From Eubacteriales bacterium (lineage in GTDB: Bacteria; Bacillota; Clostridia; Oscillospirales; CAG-272): a DNA stretch of 64,000 nucleotides. The notes below the pieces were generated by a model. That model did no database searches and had not been told where the DNA came from. It saw only the letters and a list, made by a program, of their open reading frames with translations. The stretch spans positions 3,911-67,910 of the forward strand of contig JAZKZW010000063.1 in NCBI GenBank assembly GCA_045612865.1, read 5' to 3'. Of this stretch, positions 18,423 through 29,400 are shown piece after piece. Numbering within the stretch: position 1 is the first letter of the stretch; every line of letters starts with the position of its first letter. Position numbers and translations under genes: made by a program.

Positions 18423-19372
18423 TTGCAAGAAAAGTTGTTGTTGGTATAGACACTAGCAATTATACTACTTCTGTGGCTCTTTTGAACTTGGATGGTGAGC
18501 TTATAGCCAATCTTAAGCGCCCACTTAAGGTAAAATCTGGTGAAAGAGGACTACGTCAATCAGACGCGCTGTTTTTACATACAGTAAATCTCCCGGAACT
18601 TATGCGTGAGGCAAAAGATTTATTAGGCGATTCATCTTTAGTGGCAATAGGTGTTAGCACGCGCCCTAGAAATGTTGAAGGATCATATATGCCTTGCTTT
18701 TTGGCAGGTGTATCTGCAGCTGAAGCTGTTTCGGCATTGACAGGTGCTCCGTTATATGATTTTTCGCATCAATGCGGTCATATCATGGCGGCAGTGTATT
18801 CATCAGGAAAAATTGATATTCTTAAAAAGGATTTTGCTGCTTTTCATATTTCTGGTGGTACAACAGAGCTCCTAAAAGTGAGAGCGAACGATTCGGGATT
18901 TAATGCTAACCTTATTGGTGGGACATCCGATTTGAATGCAGGACAAATCATTGATAGGATAGGCGTCCTAATGGGATTGCCTTTTCCTTGTGGCGTTCAT
19001 CTTGAAAAGTTAGCACTGGAAAACAATAAAAAAATACCAAAGCGACAGATTTCTAGCAATGGTATGCAGATTAATCTTTCGGGATTGGAAAATCTTGCAT
19101 CTAAACTTTATTTAGAAACCAACGATAAGTCGCTCGTTTCAGCTTTTGTGTTAGATTTTATTGGTAGAAGCATTATTTCAATGTCAGAGAGCTATGAGTC
19201 AGAGTTTGGAAAAACCACTTTTGTTTATGCTGGCGGAGTTATGTGTAATTCTATAATACGCAATATGATTAATCAGCGATTCGATGCTGTTTATGCAGAA
19301 CCGGCTCTTTCATCTGATAATGCTGTAGGAATTGCTGAATTAGCTCGACGAGCATATATTGCAGAAAGATAA
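18419..19372 (+). CDS. TsaD/Kae1-like (glycoprotease/peptidase M22 family) ASKHA protein, divergent paralogue
   Basis: GIDTSNYTTSVAL phosphate-1 motif, HQCGH (HxxxH metal motif), AGGVMCN. 317 aa. 4-nt overlap with nusB. Confidence 0.65.
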   Translation: MIARKVVVGIDTSNYTTSVALLNLDGELIANLKRPLKVKSGERGLRQSDALFLHTVNLPELMREAKDLLGDSSLVAIGVSTRPRNVEGSYMPCFLAGVSAAEAVSALTGAPLYDFSHQCGHIMAAVYSSGKIDILKKDFAAFHISGGTTELLKVRANDSGFNANLIGGTSDLNAGQIIDRIGVLMGLPFPCGVHLEKLALENNKKIPKRQISSNGMQINLSGLENLASKLYLETNDKSLVSAFVLDFIGRSIISMSESYESEFGKTTFVYAGGVMCNSIIRNMINQRFDAVYAEPALSSDNAVGIAELARRAYIAER

Positions 19373-19376
19373 TAAA

Positions 19377-20609
19377 ATGGATATAAATTTGTTAAGAGAA
19401 CGGGGAAGTAACGCTATCTCGGTTTCGGAGTTAAACAATTATATAAAGAATTTATTCAGTAGCAGTCGATTTCTATCATCGGTAACTGTAATGGGGGAGA
19501 TATCTAACTTTACTTATCACAGAAGCGGTCACTTGTATTTTTCACTTAAAGATAGTGATGGACAGATCAAAGCTGTAATGTTTAGATCGTCTGCGGCTAG
19601 GTTGAAGTTTATGCCTGAATCTGGCATGAAAGTTATTGTGCATGGTTCTGTGTCTGTTTTTGAACGTGACGGAACGTATCAGTTGTATGTTACCTCGATG
19701 CAGCCTGATGGAATAGGTGCATTATACCTATCATATGAGCAATTAAAGGAAAGGCTTGGGGCAGAAGGATTGTTTTCTGATGAATACAAAAAGATTTTAC
19801 CCGAGATTCCTGAAAGAATAGGTGTTATAACCTCTCCAACAGGAGCAGCTGTCAGAGATATAATAAATGTTATTGGAAGGAGATTTCCCTTAGCTAAGAT
19901 ATATCTTTACCCTGCATTAGTTCAAGGCGTAGGATCTGAAGCAAGCCTCATAAAGGGATTGGATTATTTTGATAAAAGTGGATTGGTTGACGTAATTATT
20001 ATTGGACGTGGAGGAGGATCTATTGAAGATCTTTGGTCTTTTAATAGCGAAAGGCTTGCACGTAAGATATTTGAAACAAATATTCCAATAATATCTGCTG
20101 TTGGACATGAAACAGATTTTACTATATGTGATTTTGTATCGGATATGCGAGCTCCAACACCATCAGCGGCGGCAGAACTGGCTGTACCGGATATAAGAGA
20201 ATTGTATATGAGGTTAGATTCATATGTTAATCGCTATACGGTTTCACTTGTTCGAAGATGTGAGATAGCAGAAGAGCGACTTCTCTTGTTTAAGAGCAAA
20301 ATTTTTGACAATAGATTAGAGCAATACATATTGCATCTTAGCGAAAAGGTTGATGTTACTAAAAAGATGCTTGTGAATTCAATGATGCAAAAAATTGAAA
20401 AAGACAAGGACAAATTTTTAATTGCCAGCGAAAAGCTTTTTGCACTCAGCCCACTATCCATACTTAAACGTGGATATTCGGTTACATCAAATAACGATGG
20501 AAAAATTGCTACTGTTGAGAATACGAATGTTGGAGACAATATCACAATCAAAGTATTTGATGGTAAGATAAGTGCAGTGGTTACAGATAAATGTGAGGAA
20601 AAGATATGA
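19377..20609 (+). CDS. xseA: exodeoxyribonuclease VII large subunit
   Basis: N-terminal OB-fold region (VSELNNYIKNLF...GEISNF) and GRGGGSIEDLWSFN motif. The track start at 19359 is TTG; the ATG at 19377 is preferred. Confidence 0.93.
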   Translation: MDINLLRERGSNAISVSELNNYIKNLFSSSRFLSSVTVMGEISNFTYHRSGHLYFSLKDSDGQIKAVMFRSSAARLKFMPESGMKVIVHGSVSVFERDGTYQLYVTSMQPDGIGALYLSYEQLKERLGAEGLFSDEYKKILPEIPERIGVITSPTGAAVRDIINVIGRRFPLAKIYLYPALVQGVGSEASLIKGLDYFDKSGLVDVIIIGRGGGSIEDLWSFNSERLARKIFETNIPIISAVGHETDFTICDFVSDMRAPTPSAAAELAVPDIRELYMRLDSYVNRYTVSLVRRCEIAEERLLLFKSKIFDNRLEQYILHLSEKVDVTKKMLVNSMMQKIEKDKDKFLIASEKLFALSPLSILKRGYSVTSNNDGKIATVENTNVGDNITIKVFDGKISAVVTDKCEEKI

Positions 20610-20842
20610 GTAAGAAAAAAATGTCGTTTGAAGAGGCTATGAAGGAGCTTGAAGACAAGGTTCGGGGGCTGGAAAGTGGCGATTTGTCACTAGAAGAGTC
20701 GCTTAAAGCGTTTTCTGAAGCAATAAGCCTTATAAACGTTTGCAATAACAAGCTTGACGGAGCGAAGGAACAAGTAAAAATTATTTTGGAGCAAGAAGAT
20801 GGCAGTATTACTGATGCTCCATTTGATGGCGTAATAGAATAA
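20606..20842 (+). CDS. xseB: exodeoxyribonuclease VII small subunit
   Basis: 78 aa. FEEAMKELEDKVRGLESGDLSLEESL is typical of XseB. Overlaps the xseA stop. Confidence 0.93.
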   Translation: MSKKKMSFEEAMKELEDKVRGLESGDLSLEESLKAFSEAISLINVCNNKLDGAKEQVKIILEQEDGSITDAPFDGVIE

Positions 20843-21576
20843 TGAGATTAGATCTTTATCTTGTAGAGCAAAAACTGGTTTTTAGCCGTACAGAAGCTAA
20901 AAACTTTATAACTTCATCGTCAGTTATGGTTAATGGAAAAATCGTTACCAAACCTGCCTTCGATGTTTCTTCGGATGATGTAATAACCGTTGATAAAAGT
21001 TCGAAAAAATATGTAGGTCGTGGCGGTTTAAAATTAGAGGCTGCAATCCAAGCATTCGGTATAGATGTATCAGGAAAGAAGGCTATAGATATTGGCGCAT
21101 CCAGTGGTGGTTTTACAGATTGCCTTTTACAATATGGCGCATTGAGTGTAATAGCTGTGGATTCAGGCACAGCTCAGCTTGTTGAAAAGCTTAGGCATGA
21201 TGAACGGGTTATATCTATGGAAAACTATAATGCAAGATATATGAAAACGATGGATCTGCCATATATTCCTGACTTATGCGTAATGGACGTTTCATTTATT
21301 TCAGCAACATACATTATGCCTGCCATCAGAACAGTAACATCATCAGGTGCTGATTTTGTATGTTTAATAAAACCCCAATTCGAGGTTGGAAGAAGCGGTC
21401 TTGGAAAAGGCGGGATCGTGAAGAATGATAAACTGCGCAAGGATGCTGTAAATAATGTCGTTACATTTGCGAAAGATTTAGGATTTGAATTTATCTCTTT
21501 GATAGAGTCACCGATAATTGGAGGAGATGGTAACATCGAGTATTTAGCGCACTTTAAAAACGGAGACAAAACATGA
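20842..21576 (+). CDS. tlyA: TlyA-family rRNA 2'-O-methyltransferase (S4 domain + FtsJ-like methyltransferase)
   Basis: S4-like N-terminus RLDLYLVE...VNGKIVTKPA and SAM motif DIGASSGGFTD. Confidence 0.88.
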   Translation: MRLDLYLVEQKLVFSRTEAKNFITSSSVMVNGKIVTKPAFDVSSDDVITVDKSSKKYVGRGGLKLEAAIQAFGIDVSGKKAIDIGASSGGFTDCLLQYGALSVIAVDSGTAQLVEKLRHDERVISMENYNARYMKTMDLPYIPDLCVMDVSFISATYIMPAIRTVTSSGADFVCLIKPQFEVGRSGLGKGGIVKNDKLRKDAVNNVVTFAKDLGFEFISLIESPIIGGDGNIEYLAHFKNGDKT

Positions 21577-22427
21577 ATAAAATATTAATTATACCCAATA
21601 CGTTAAAGGATGCAGATCTTTCCGTAACCACTGATGTTTTGAGAAAGCTTAAAGAGTTTGGGATGACACCGATTATAAGCAGAGATTTTTGTGAAGAGCT
21701 TGGTGATTTGGCTGAATATTTCTCAACCTATCCATCAGATGCAGACGCATTGCTGGTTATTGGTGGAGATGGGTCTGTTATAGAGGCTTCCAGAGTCGCT
21801 ATTAGCTTAGATATTCCTCTTCTTGGTGTTAACCTTGGTAACCTTGGTTACTTAAGTGAGGTTGAGATTAACGAGTTGGACGTTCTTAAAAAACTAAAGA
21901 CTGGCGAATATATGATTGCTGATAAAATGCTGTTGGAGGCGGATATATTCAAGGGTGGTGTAAATATTACTTCAGAAAGACTTGCTGTTAATGATATAAT
22001 AGTTTCTCATTCTGAATACCTTGGTATTGCAGATATATGCCTTGAGAACAGTTTTAGAGAGGTTGTTAAATATCGTGCCGATGCTGTTGTACTTGCAACT
22101 CCTGCAGGTTCTACCGCTTATGCATTGTCTTCCGGCGGTCCTATAATATCTCATAATCTCGATTCTATTACAGCAACGCCAGTATCTCCGCACTCCTTCT
22201 TTAATCGTTCAATAGTATATAGTCCAAATGAGGAGTTAAGAGTTTCAAATATAGGCCATTCTACCTTAAAAGTAAGCATAGATGGTAGATATTTTGATTC
22301 TTTGGAATTTGGTGATTATTGTAGAATCAAAAAAAGTGAAAAACAATTCAAGATGCTTACATTTTCCGACAATAATATGTTCACTACGTTGTTTAATAAA
22401 TTGAAAATACTCAGCAACATTGAATAA
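21573..22427 (+). CDS. nadK: NAD kinase
   Basis: GGDGSVI and NLGNLGYL motifs. 284 aa. Confidence 0.93.
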   Translation: MNKILIIPNTLKDADLSVTTDVLRKLKEFGMTPIISRDFCEELGDLAEYFSTYPSDADALLVIGGDGSVIEASRVAISLDIPLLGVNLGNLGYLSEVEINELDVLKKLKTGEYMIADKMLLEADIFKGGVNITSERLAVNDIIVSHSEYLGIADICLENSFREVVKYRADAVVLATPAGSTAYALSSGGPIISHNLDSITATPVSPHSFFNRSIVYSPNEELRVSNIGHSTLKVSIDGRYFDSLEFGDYCRIKKSEKQFKMLTFSDNNMFTTLFNKLKILSNIE

Positions 22428-22452
22428 TCATAAAAGAAAAGCAGGAAATAAA

Positions 22453-22911
22453 ATGAAAAACGAAAGACAAAAGAAAATACTGGAGCTCATAGAGAAGTAT
22501 GATATTGATACACAAGAAACACTTATTGAGCGACTTCGTGAAGATGGATATAATGTTACCCAGACCACAGTGTCCAGAGATATAAAACAACTTAGTCTCG
22601 TTAAAGGAGTTACAGGCAGAGGAACTTATAAATATGTTTCCCCTGAGTTAAAATCTCCTATTGTAGCGCCTATATTGAACGCAGCTATAACAGAGTCGAT
22701 TGTACATATTGAGGCTGCTGAAAATATTATAGTAATAAAAACTCTTTCCGGAATGGCAAATGCTATAGGTGTTTGCGTTGACTCTTTGCATATAGCCGGT
22801 ATAGTGGGAAGCGTTGCAGGTGATGATACTGTACTCCTTGTAGCAAAGACTTCTTCCGTAGCTCAAGAGATTGAGGAAGAGCTTAAACAAGATTTTGGTC
22901 TTCTAAATTAA
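22453..22911 (+). CDS. argR: arginine repressor ArgR/AhrC
   Basis: Winged-helix TQTTVSRDIKQL and C-terminal GSVAGDDTVLLV. The track start at 22420 is TTG; the ATG at 22453 is preferred. Confidence 0.9.
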   Translation: MKNERQKKILELIEKYDIDTQETLIERLREDGYNVTQTTVSRDIKQLSLVKGVTGRGTYKYVSPELKSPIVAPILNAAITESIVHIEAAENIIVIKTLSGMANAIGVCVDSLHIAGIVGSVAGDDTVLLVAKTSSVAQEIEEELKQDFGLLN

Positions 22912-22933
22912 TAAAAGAAATCGGAGATTATAA

Positions 22934-24628
22934 ATGTTAATATCTCTCCATATAGAAAACATAGCAGTAATCAAAAATATAGATTTTGATTTTTCTGAAG
23001 GCTTTATGGTTTTAACAGGCGAAACCGGAGCAGGAAAATCTGTAGTTATTGACAGTATAAATTTGCTTTTAGGTGCAAAAGCTGAGCGCGAGCTTATTCG
23101 TAGTGGTCAACAGCAAGCTATGGTAAGTGGTCTTTTTGCCGATTTGTCGCCGCGCACGATTTCTGGATTGTCTGAGCTTGGAATTGATATTCCTGAAGAC
23201 GGCGAAATACTGCTGCAGAGAACGATTAATAATGACGGTAAATCAAGAGCCATGATTAACGGAAGAAGTATAAGTCTTTCAATGTTGAAAACTATTACCC
23301 CTCTGTTAGTCAGTGTACATGGGCAGACCGATACAGCTTCGCTTCAAGATAGTAAAAATCATCTTGACATTTTGGACGTTTATGCCGATCTTGGCGATCT
23401 TAAAACTCGATATCAGGAATCCTATGCAGAACTTGAGAAAATAAGAAAAGAGATTCGTGAGGTAAGTGAAAAGCTTTCAGAGAGCGAGCGCCTAAAGGAA
23501 ATACTTGAGTATCAAATAAAGGATATTGAATCAGCAAATCTAAAAGAAGATGAAGAGGATATCCTTGTTGAAAAAAGAGCAAAGCTGAAAAATAGTGAAA
23601 AAATAACCAAAAATTCAGAATTTGTATATAAAGCCTTAAAGGGCAGTGAAAAGGGCAGTGTATTTTACTTGCTCGACAGAAGTATGTCTGCACTAAATCA
23701 AATTTCCGACGTGGTACCTGCATTTTCTGAATATGCCAGTCGTTTACGCGAATGCTTATATCAAGTAGATGATATTGCAGAAGAAGTATATGCAGTAATA
23801 GACGATATCGACGGAGATCCTACCGTAACACTAAATAAAATAGAATCTCGTCTTGACAAAATATCAAAGCTTGAGCGTAAGTACGGAAGCACGATAAAAG
23901 AAGTGCTTGATTTTTGCAAAAAGGCAAAGGAAGAGCTTGCTACACTAGAGAATTCAGACGGCATTCTTAAAACGCTCTACCAAAAGGAGAAAAAAGCGTA
24001 CAGTGAAGCTTTGGTGCTTGCAAAGGAGCTCCATGATAAACGAGATGCAGCAGCAAAAACTCTTGAGCAAACAGTTAAGGACACATTAGAGTTTCTTGAT
24101 ATGCCAAAGGTTGTATTCTTCGTTTCTCTCAAAGAGCTTTGCAAAGGCGAAGAAAGACTATTAAGTAAAGACGGCGGAGATTTAATAGAGTTTTACATTA
24201 GCGCAAATCGTGGAGCAGATCCCCAGCCATTAGCAAAAATTGCATCTGGTGGCGAACTTTCAAGAATAATGCTAGCTCTCAAGAGCGTTATTTCAAATAA
24301 AGACGGAATACCCACTGTCATTTATGATGAGATAGACACAGGTGTTTCAGGTAAAACTGCCAGAAAAATTGGTATTAAAATGCTTTCGTTATCCAAGACA
24401 ACTCAGTTGTTTTCGGTTACACATAGTGCACAGATTGCATCTTTGGCTGATAAGCATTTTCTAATCAGCAAGAGCGATATCAATGGCGAAACTGAAACTA
24501 GCGTAACAGTACTTGATAATGAAGGACGAATAAAAGAGTTATCAAGGATTCTTGGAGGAATAAACATAACTACTTCCCAGATAGCTGCTGCAGAAGATAT
24601 GCTGGCAGAAAAAGCTAATTACATATAA
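22934..24628 (+). CDS. recN: DNA repair protein RecN
   Basis: Walker A LTGETGAGKSVVIDS, long coiled-coil middle, SMC signature SGGELSRIMLAL. 564 aa. Confidence 0.96.
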   Translation: MLISLHIENIAVIKNIDFDFSEGFMVLTGETGAGKSVVIDSINLLLGAKAERELIRSGQQQAMVSGLFADLSPRTISGLSELGIDIPEDGEILLQRTINNDGKSRAMINGRSISLSMLKTITPLLVSVHGQTDTASLQDSKNHLDILDVYADLGDLKTRYQESYAELEKIRKEIREVSEKLSESERLKEILEYQIKDIESANLKEDEEDILVEKRAKLKNSEKITKNSEFVYKALKGSEKGSVFYLLDRSMSALNQISDVVPAFSEYASRLRECLYQVDDIAEEVYAVIDDIDGDPTVTLNKIESRLDKISKLERKYGSTIKEVLDFCKKAKEELATLENSDGILKTLYQKEKKAYSEALVLAKELHDKRDAAAKTLEQTVKDTLEFLDMPKVVFFVSLKELCKGEERLLSKDGGDLIEFYISANRGADPQPLAKIASGGELSRIMLALKSVISNKDGIPTVIYDEIDTGVSGKTARKIGIKMLSLSKTTQLFSVTHSAQIASLADKHFLISKSDINGETETSVTVLDNEGRIKELSRILGGINITTSQIAAAEDMLAEKANYI

Positions 24629-24644
24629 AATACGGAGTTCATTC

Positions 24645-25541
24645 ATGAGAGAGCAATTTATTGAGTTTCTTAAAATGAATGAAGTTGAATACAAAGAGAA
24701 AGTATTAATAAGAGATTTGTCTCCTGTAAGAATAGGTGGAGTTGCCTCAGTCATAGTTTACCCTGATAATTTCGCCAAAATGATTCTTGCTGTAAACTTT
24801 CTAGTGGAAAATAAAATATTATATAAGGTCATTGGAAAAATATCTAACATCCTCTTTAGTGACGAAGATATAAGTATGGTCCTGATCAAAACAGATAAAC
24901 TGAAATCAAAAGAGATATACGAGGATAGAATATGTCTTTTTTGTGGTGACAGCGTGTGTGAAAATGCAATTAATCTTGCTAGAGATGGATATGGTGGCTT
25001 AAGCGAGCTTTCTGGAATTCCTGGCAGCTTGGGAGGCATGATTGCCGGTAATGCCGGAGCTTTTGGCAAAACAATAGGAGATGTTTTATCATTTGCAGAG
25101 GTGTATATCCCCTCAGAAAAGAGAACTGCAATTATCAAGAAAGAAGATATGATGCTTGGATATCGCACTTCGGTCTTTAAGAACACAGATTTAATCATCC
25201 TACGCGCAGAGCTCGTGCTTGAACTATCCGATCCAACGCAAATACTTAACGAAATTTATCAGTACAAAGATATGCGTCGAAAAACACAACCAACAGGGTA
25301 CCCCAGTCTTGGAAGCGTGTTTAAGAGACCTATAGGTACATATGCTGCCAAATTGATAGAAGATGCAGGATTAAAGGGGATATCTTGTGGTGATGCTTCG
25401 GTGTCTGAAAAACATTCCGGATTCTTCATAAACAAGGGTACAGCAACAAGCAATGATTTTATATTACTTATAGAACAGGTTAAGAATGCAGTAAATAATA
25501 AGTACGGCATTTTACTTGAAGAAGAAATAGAAATTTTATAA
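24645..25541 (+). CDS. murB: UDP-N-acetylenolpyruvoylglucosamine reductase MurB
   Basis: FAD-binding N-domain (VRIGGVASV) and SLGSVFKRP motif. 298 aa. Confidence 0.9.
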   Translation: MREQFIEFLKMNEVEYKEKVLIRDLSPVRIGGVASVIVYPDNFAKMILAVNFLVENKILYKVIGKISNILFSDEDISMVLIKTDKLKSKEIYEDRICLFCGDSVCENAINLARDGYGGLSELSGIPGSLGGMIAGNAGAFGKTIGDVLSFAEVYIPSEKRTAIIKKEDMMLGYRTSVFKNTDLIILRAELVLELSDPTQILNEIYQYKDMRRKTQPTGYPSLGSVFKRPIGTYAAKLIEDAGLKGISCGDASVSEKHSGFFINKGTATSNDFILLIEQVKNAVNNKYGILLEEEIEIL

Positions 25542-25552
25542 AGGAAAATGAA

Positions 25553-26440
25553 ATGTCCTTTTCATCAGAACAGAAAAACGAAATAATAACACAATCATAT
25601 AAATCTCCATGTTGTAGACGTGCTTTGCTTTCCGGATTTCTTTTCGCCAAAGGAATAGTAGGCGACAACGGTGAAATATCTATTCGTGCCGAAAAAATTG
25701 AAACTCTTGAGTTTATTGGAAAATTAATAAAAGAGTTTTATTCTCAAACCATAGAGCCGCATCGTTCAAAACAAGGTGGAAGATTTCTTTTAGCTGAGTT
25801 CAGGTCGCCAAGTGCTGTGAAACATTTAACTACAGCTCACAAGGACAACCAGCTCTACAATAGAAAATGTGACTTTTGTGAATCCTCTTTTCTTAGAGGA
25901 GTGTTTTTGGCAGCAGGCAAAATATGCGATCCGGAGAGACAGTATTTGTTAGAGTTTAACCTAGGTGATAGAACCGATAGTTTTGTTGAGTATTTGACAT
26001 TGATAGGTATAAAACCTAATATTGCCAATAAAAAAACGGGCAGAATTATATACTATCGTGATAGCGAAAAAATAGAAGAGTTTGTGGCTAAGTCCACAAT
26101 GAATAAGAGCACCTTTGCTATTATGAATGAGCAAATAAGTTCAGATTTAGATAACTACGTTCAGCGTATTTCAAATTGCACTGCAGGAAATATATCAAAA
26201 ACAGTTGATGCCGCAATGAAGTACAATAGTGTTATATCACAACTGGCAGATGCAGACTTGCTTTCATCATTGCCGGAGGAATTAGCAAACACTGCGAAAT
26301 TGCGGTTAGAGTATTCAGACTTGACACTTTCGGAATTAGCGAGAATAAGTGTACCTCCCATTTCGAAATCAGGTCTCGCTCACAGATTAAATAGAATTCT
26401 TGATCTTGCGCAAAATCTTTTAGAAAGAAACAAAAAATAA
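25553..26440 (+). CDS. whiA: DNA-binding protein WhiA
   Basis: MSFSSEQKNEI...PCCRRALLSGF N-terminus, LAGLIDADG-like middle, C-terminal HTH LSELARISVPPISKSGLAHRLNRI. Confidence 0.9.
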   Translation: MSFSSEQKNEIITQSYKSPCCRRALLSGFLFAKGIVGDNGEISIRAEKIETLEFIGKLIKEFYSQTIEPHRSKQGGRFLLAEFRSPSAVKHLTTAHKDNQLYNRKCDFCESSFLRGVFLAAGKICDPERQYLLEFNLGDRTDSFVEYLTLIGIKPNIANKKTGRIIYYRDSEKIEEFVAKSTMNKSTFAIMNEQISSDLDNYVQRISNCTAGNISKTVDAAMKYNSVISQLADADLLSSLPEELANTAKLRLEYSDLTLSELARISVPPISKSGLAHRLNRILDLAQNLLERNKK

Positions 26441-26454
26441 GAAAGGAGGCGCTT

Positions 26455-29400
26455 ATGGGAAACTTCGTTCACCTTCATTTACACACTGAATATAGCCTAC
26501 TTGACGGATTAACAAAAATATCTTCTATTGCCGATAAGGCTATTGCTGATGGACAAACTGCTGTTGCTATCACAGATCACGGTGTTATGTATGGCGCGGT
26601 TGAATTTTATAATGCATTAAAGTCTAAAGGTATCAAGCCAATTATAGGTTGTGAAGTTTATGTAGCACGCAGAAGTCGCCTTCTTAAAGAGGGCAGATTG
26701 GATTCTTCAGGTAATCATCTTGTTCTTCTTTGTAAAAACGAACAAGGATATAAAAATCTTTGTTATATGGTATCCAAGAGCTTTATTGATGGATTTTATT
26801 CTCGCCCTCGAATTGATATGGAGCTACTCGCAGCGCATCATGAAGGATTGATAGCTCTTTCTGGTTGTGTTGCTGGAAAAATTCCACAATATATTCTTTC
26901 TGGTGATATGGATGGCGCAGAAAAAGCCGCCTTCGAACTTAAAAACATTTTTGGTGAAGATTTCTACCTTGAAATACAGAATCATGGACTTGATGATGAA
27001 AGAAAGGTTGCCTATGCCCTTCGTATGATTTCATCTAAGCTTGATATTCCTCTTGTCGCAACAAATGATGTACATTACCTTGAAAGATCGGATGCTGATG
27101 TTCAGGCAACATTAATGTGCATTCAGACTGGAACTCTTGTTTCTGACGGCAGACCATTCGGGTTCGAAACTAATGAATTTTATTTTAAAACCGAAAAGGA
27201 AATGCGCGCCTTATTTACACCATTTAAGGATGCAGTTGATAATACAGGAAGAATAGCAGAGAAGTGTAACTTTGATTTCAAGTTTAACGAACTTCATCTT
27301 CCTACTTTTACCATCGATGATGGTAAAACACATGCAGAAAAATTAAGATCCGACGCCATAAATGCATTTAATAAAAAAGTGGCAGAGGGCAGGTTTGATT
27401 TTAAAAAGCATACCAAAGAAGAGTATTTAGAAAGAATAAATTACGAACTTGGCGTTATAGATAAGATGGGATTTAACGCCTATTTCCTTATCGTCGCAGA
27501 TTTTGTAGCGTATGCAAAACAAAGTGATATACCCGTTGGCCCGGGTAGAGGTTCAGGAGCAGGTAGCCTTGTTGCTTACCTCATTGGTATCACCGATGTT
27601 GACCCATTACAATTTGATTTACTATTTGAGCGTTTCCTTAATCCGGAAAGAGTATCTATGCCCGACTTTGACATAGATTTTTGCTATAATCGCAGAGAAG
27701 AGGTTATAGAATACGTTAAGAAAAAATACGGAGATGATAAGGTTGCACAGATAGTAACATTTGGAACCTTGGCTCCTCGAGCGGCAGTAAGAGATACAGG
27801 CCGAGCCCTAGGTCTCTCGTATAGCAAGGTAGATACTGTAGCTAAGCTTATACCACATGATGTATCAAGCTTAAAAGATGCGTTAGAAATATCGGAGTTT
27901 AAGCAATTATATCTTAAGGATCCTGAAGTACAAAATCTTGTTGACATGAGTATGAAGCTCGAGGGAATGCCCAGACATGCCTCGACCCATGCAGCAGGTG
28001 TTGTTATAACAGAAAAGCCCACTTATGAATATGTTCCTTTATCATACAGTGGAACCGGTGTTATAACTCAGTTTGATATGAACACTGCGGCAGATTTAGG
28101 ACTGGTAAAATTCGATTTTCTTGGTCTTAGATATCTTACGGTTATTCATGATGCGGAAATCGCTATAAGAAAAAGAATACCTAGTTTTGATATTAGCAAA
28201 ATCCCCCTGGATGATGAAGCAACATTTCGTTTGCTTTGTGACGCTAAAACTGATGGTGTATTCCAGCTTGAGTCTGGTGGCATGAAACAGGTTCTGCAAA
28301 AGCTAAAGCCAACTTGCCTTGAGGATGTAGTGGCATGCATAGCACTTTACAGACCAGGGCCTATGGATTCAATCGATACCTTTATCGCCAGAAAACATGG
28401 AAAAGAGATAACCGAATATAAACTTCCGGAGTTAAAGGACATCCTTGATGTAACATATGGATGCATAGTTTACCAAGAACAAGTAATGCAGATATGCAGG
28501 ACATTAGCGGGATACTCTTATGCCAGAGCTGACCTAGTTCGTCGTGCTATGTCTAAAAAGAAAGACTCGGCAATGCAGGCTGAACGTGAAGGTTTTATTG
28601 CCGGCGCTGTTAATAACGGTATTGATAAAGCAATAGCAGAAGAAATCTTTGAAGAAATGGTAGGATTTGCAAAATACGCATTTAATAAGAGTCACTCTGT
28701 AGTTTATGGTATTACCTCATACAGAACTGCATATCTTAAAGCGCATTATCCGGCAGAGTATTTTGCAGCACTTCTTACTAGTGTTCTGGATTCAGCGGTA
28801 AAGGTGAAAGAGTATATCTTGGATGCTGCAAAATTTGGCGTTAAGGTTTTTCCACCCGATATTAATGAGAGTAATAGAACATTTACTGTAAGTGATGGAA
28901 ATATAAGGTTTGGACTTTTAGCTATTAAAAATGTAGGCAGAGTTTTTGCTGATAAAATTATAGAAGAAAGAGATAAAAAGCCATTTATTTCTTTTGACGA
29001 GTTTGTAAAGAGAATGATACACACTGATATTAACCGCAGAACGCTTGAGTCTATGATAAAATGTGGTGTTTTTGATTCTTTCGGTATTACCAGACAAGCT
29101 CTGATGTCGGTGTTTGAAGGCATATTAAACTCCGAGCACGATAAGGTAAGAAATAATATATCCGGACAGTTGGATCTTTTCTCGATGTCTTTGTCTTCGT
29201 CTGCTAGCGACATAGCATCGGTATATGAATATCCGGATATTCCTGAATATACACTCAATGAGTTGTTATCGTATGAAAAAGAAAATTCGGGAATGTATTT
29301 TTCTGGCCATTTAATTGATAGCTTTTCTGATCATATAGATAAAATTAAGCCTGATAAGATATCTAAAATTATTTACGATATGTCAGATGATATAAGCATA

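Noticed and set aside
27160-27170. GGTTCGAAAC, resembling a tRNA T-arm
   Set aside because: It lies inside dnaE in a well-conserved coding frame. No acceptor or anticodon stems can be drawn around it.
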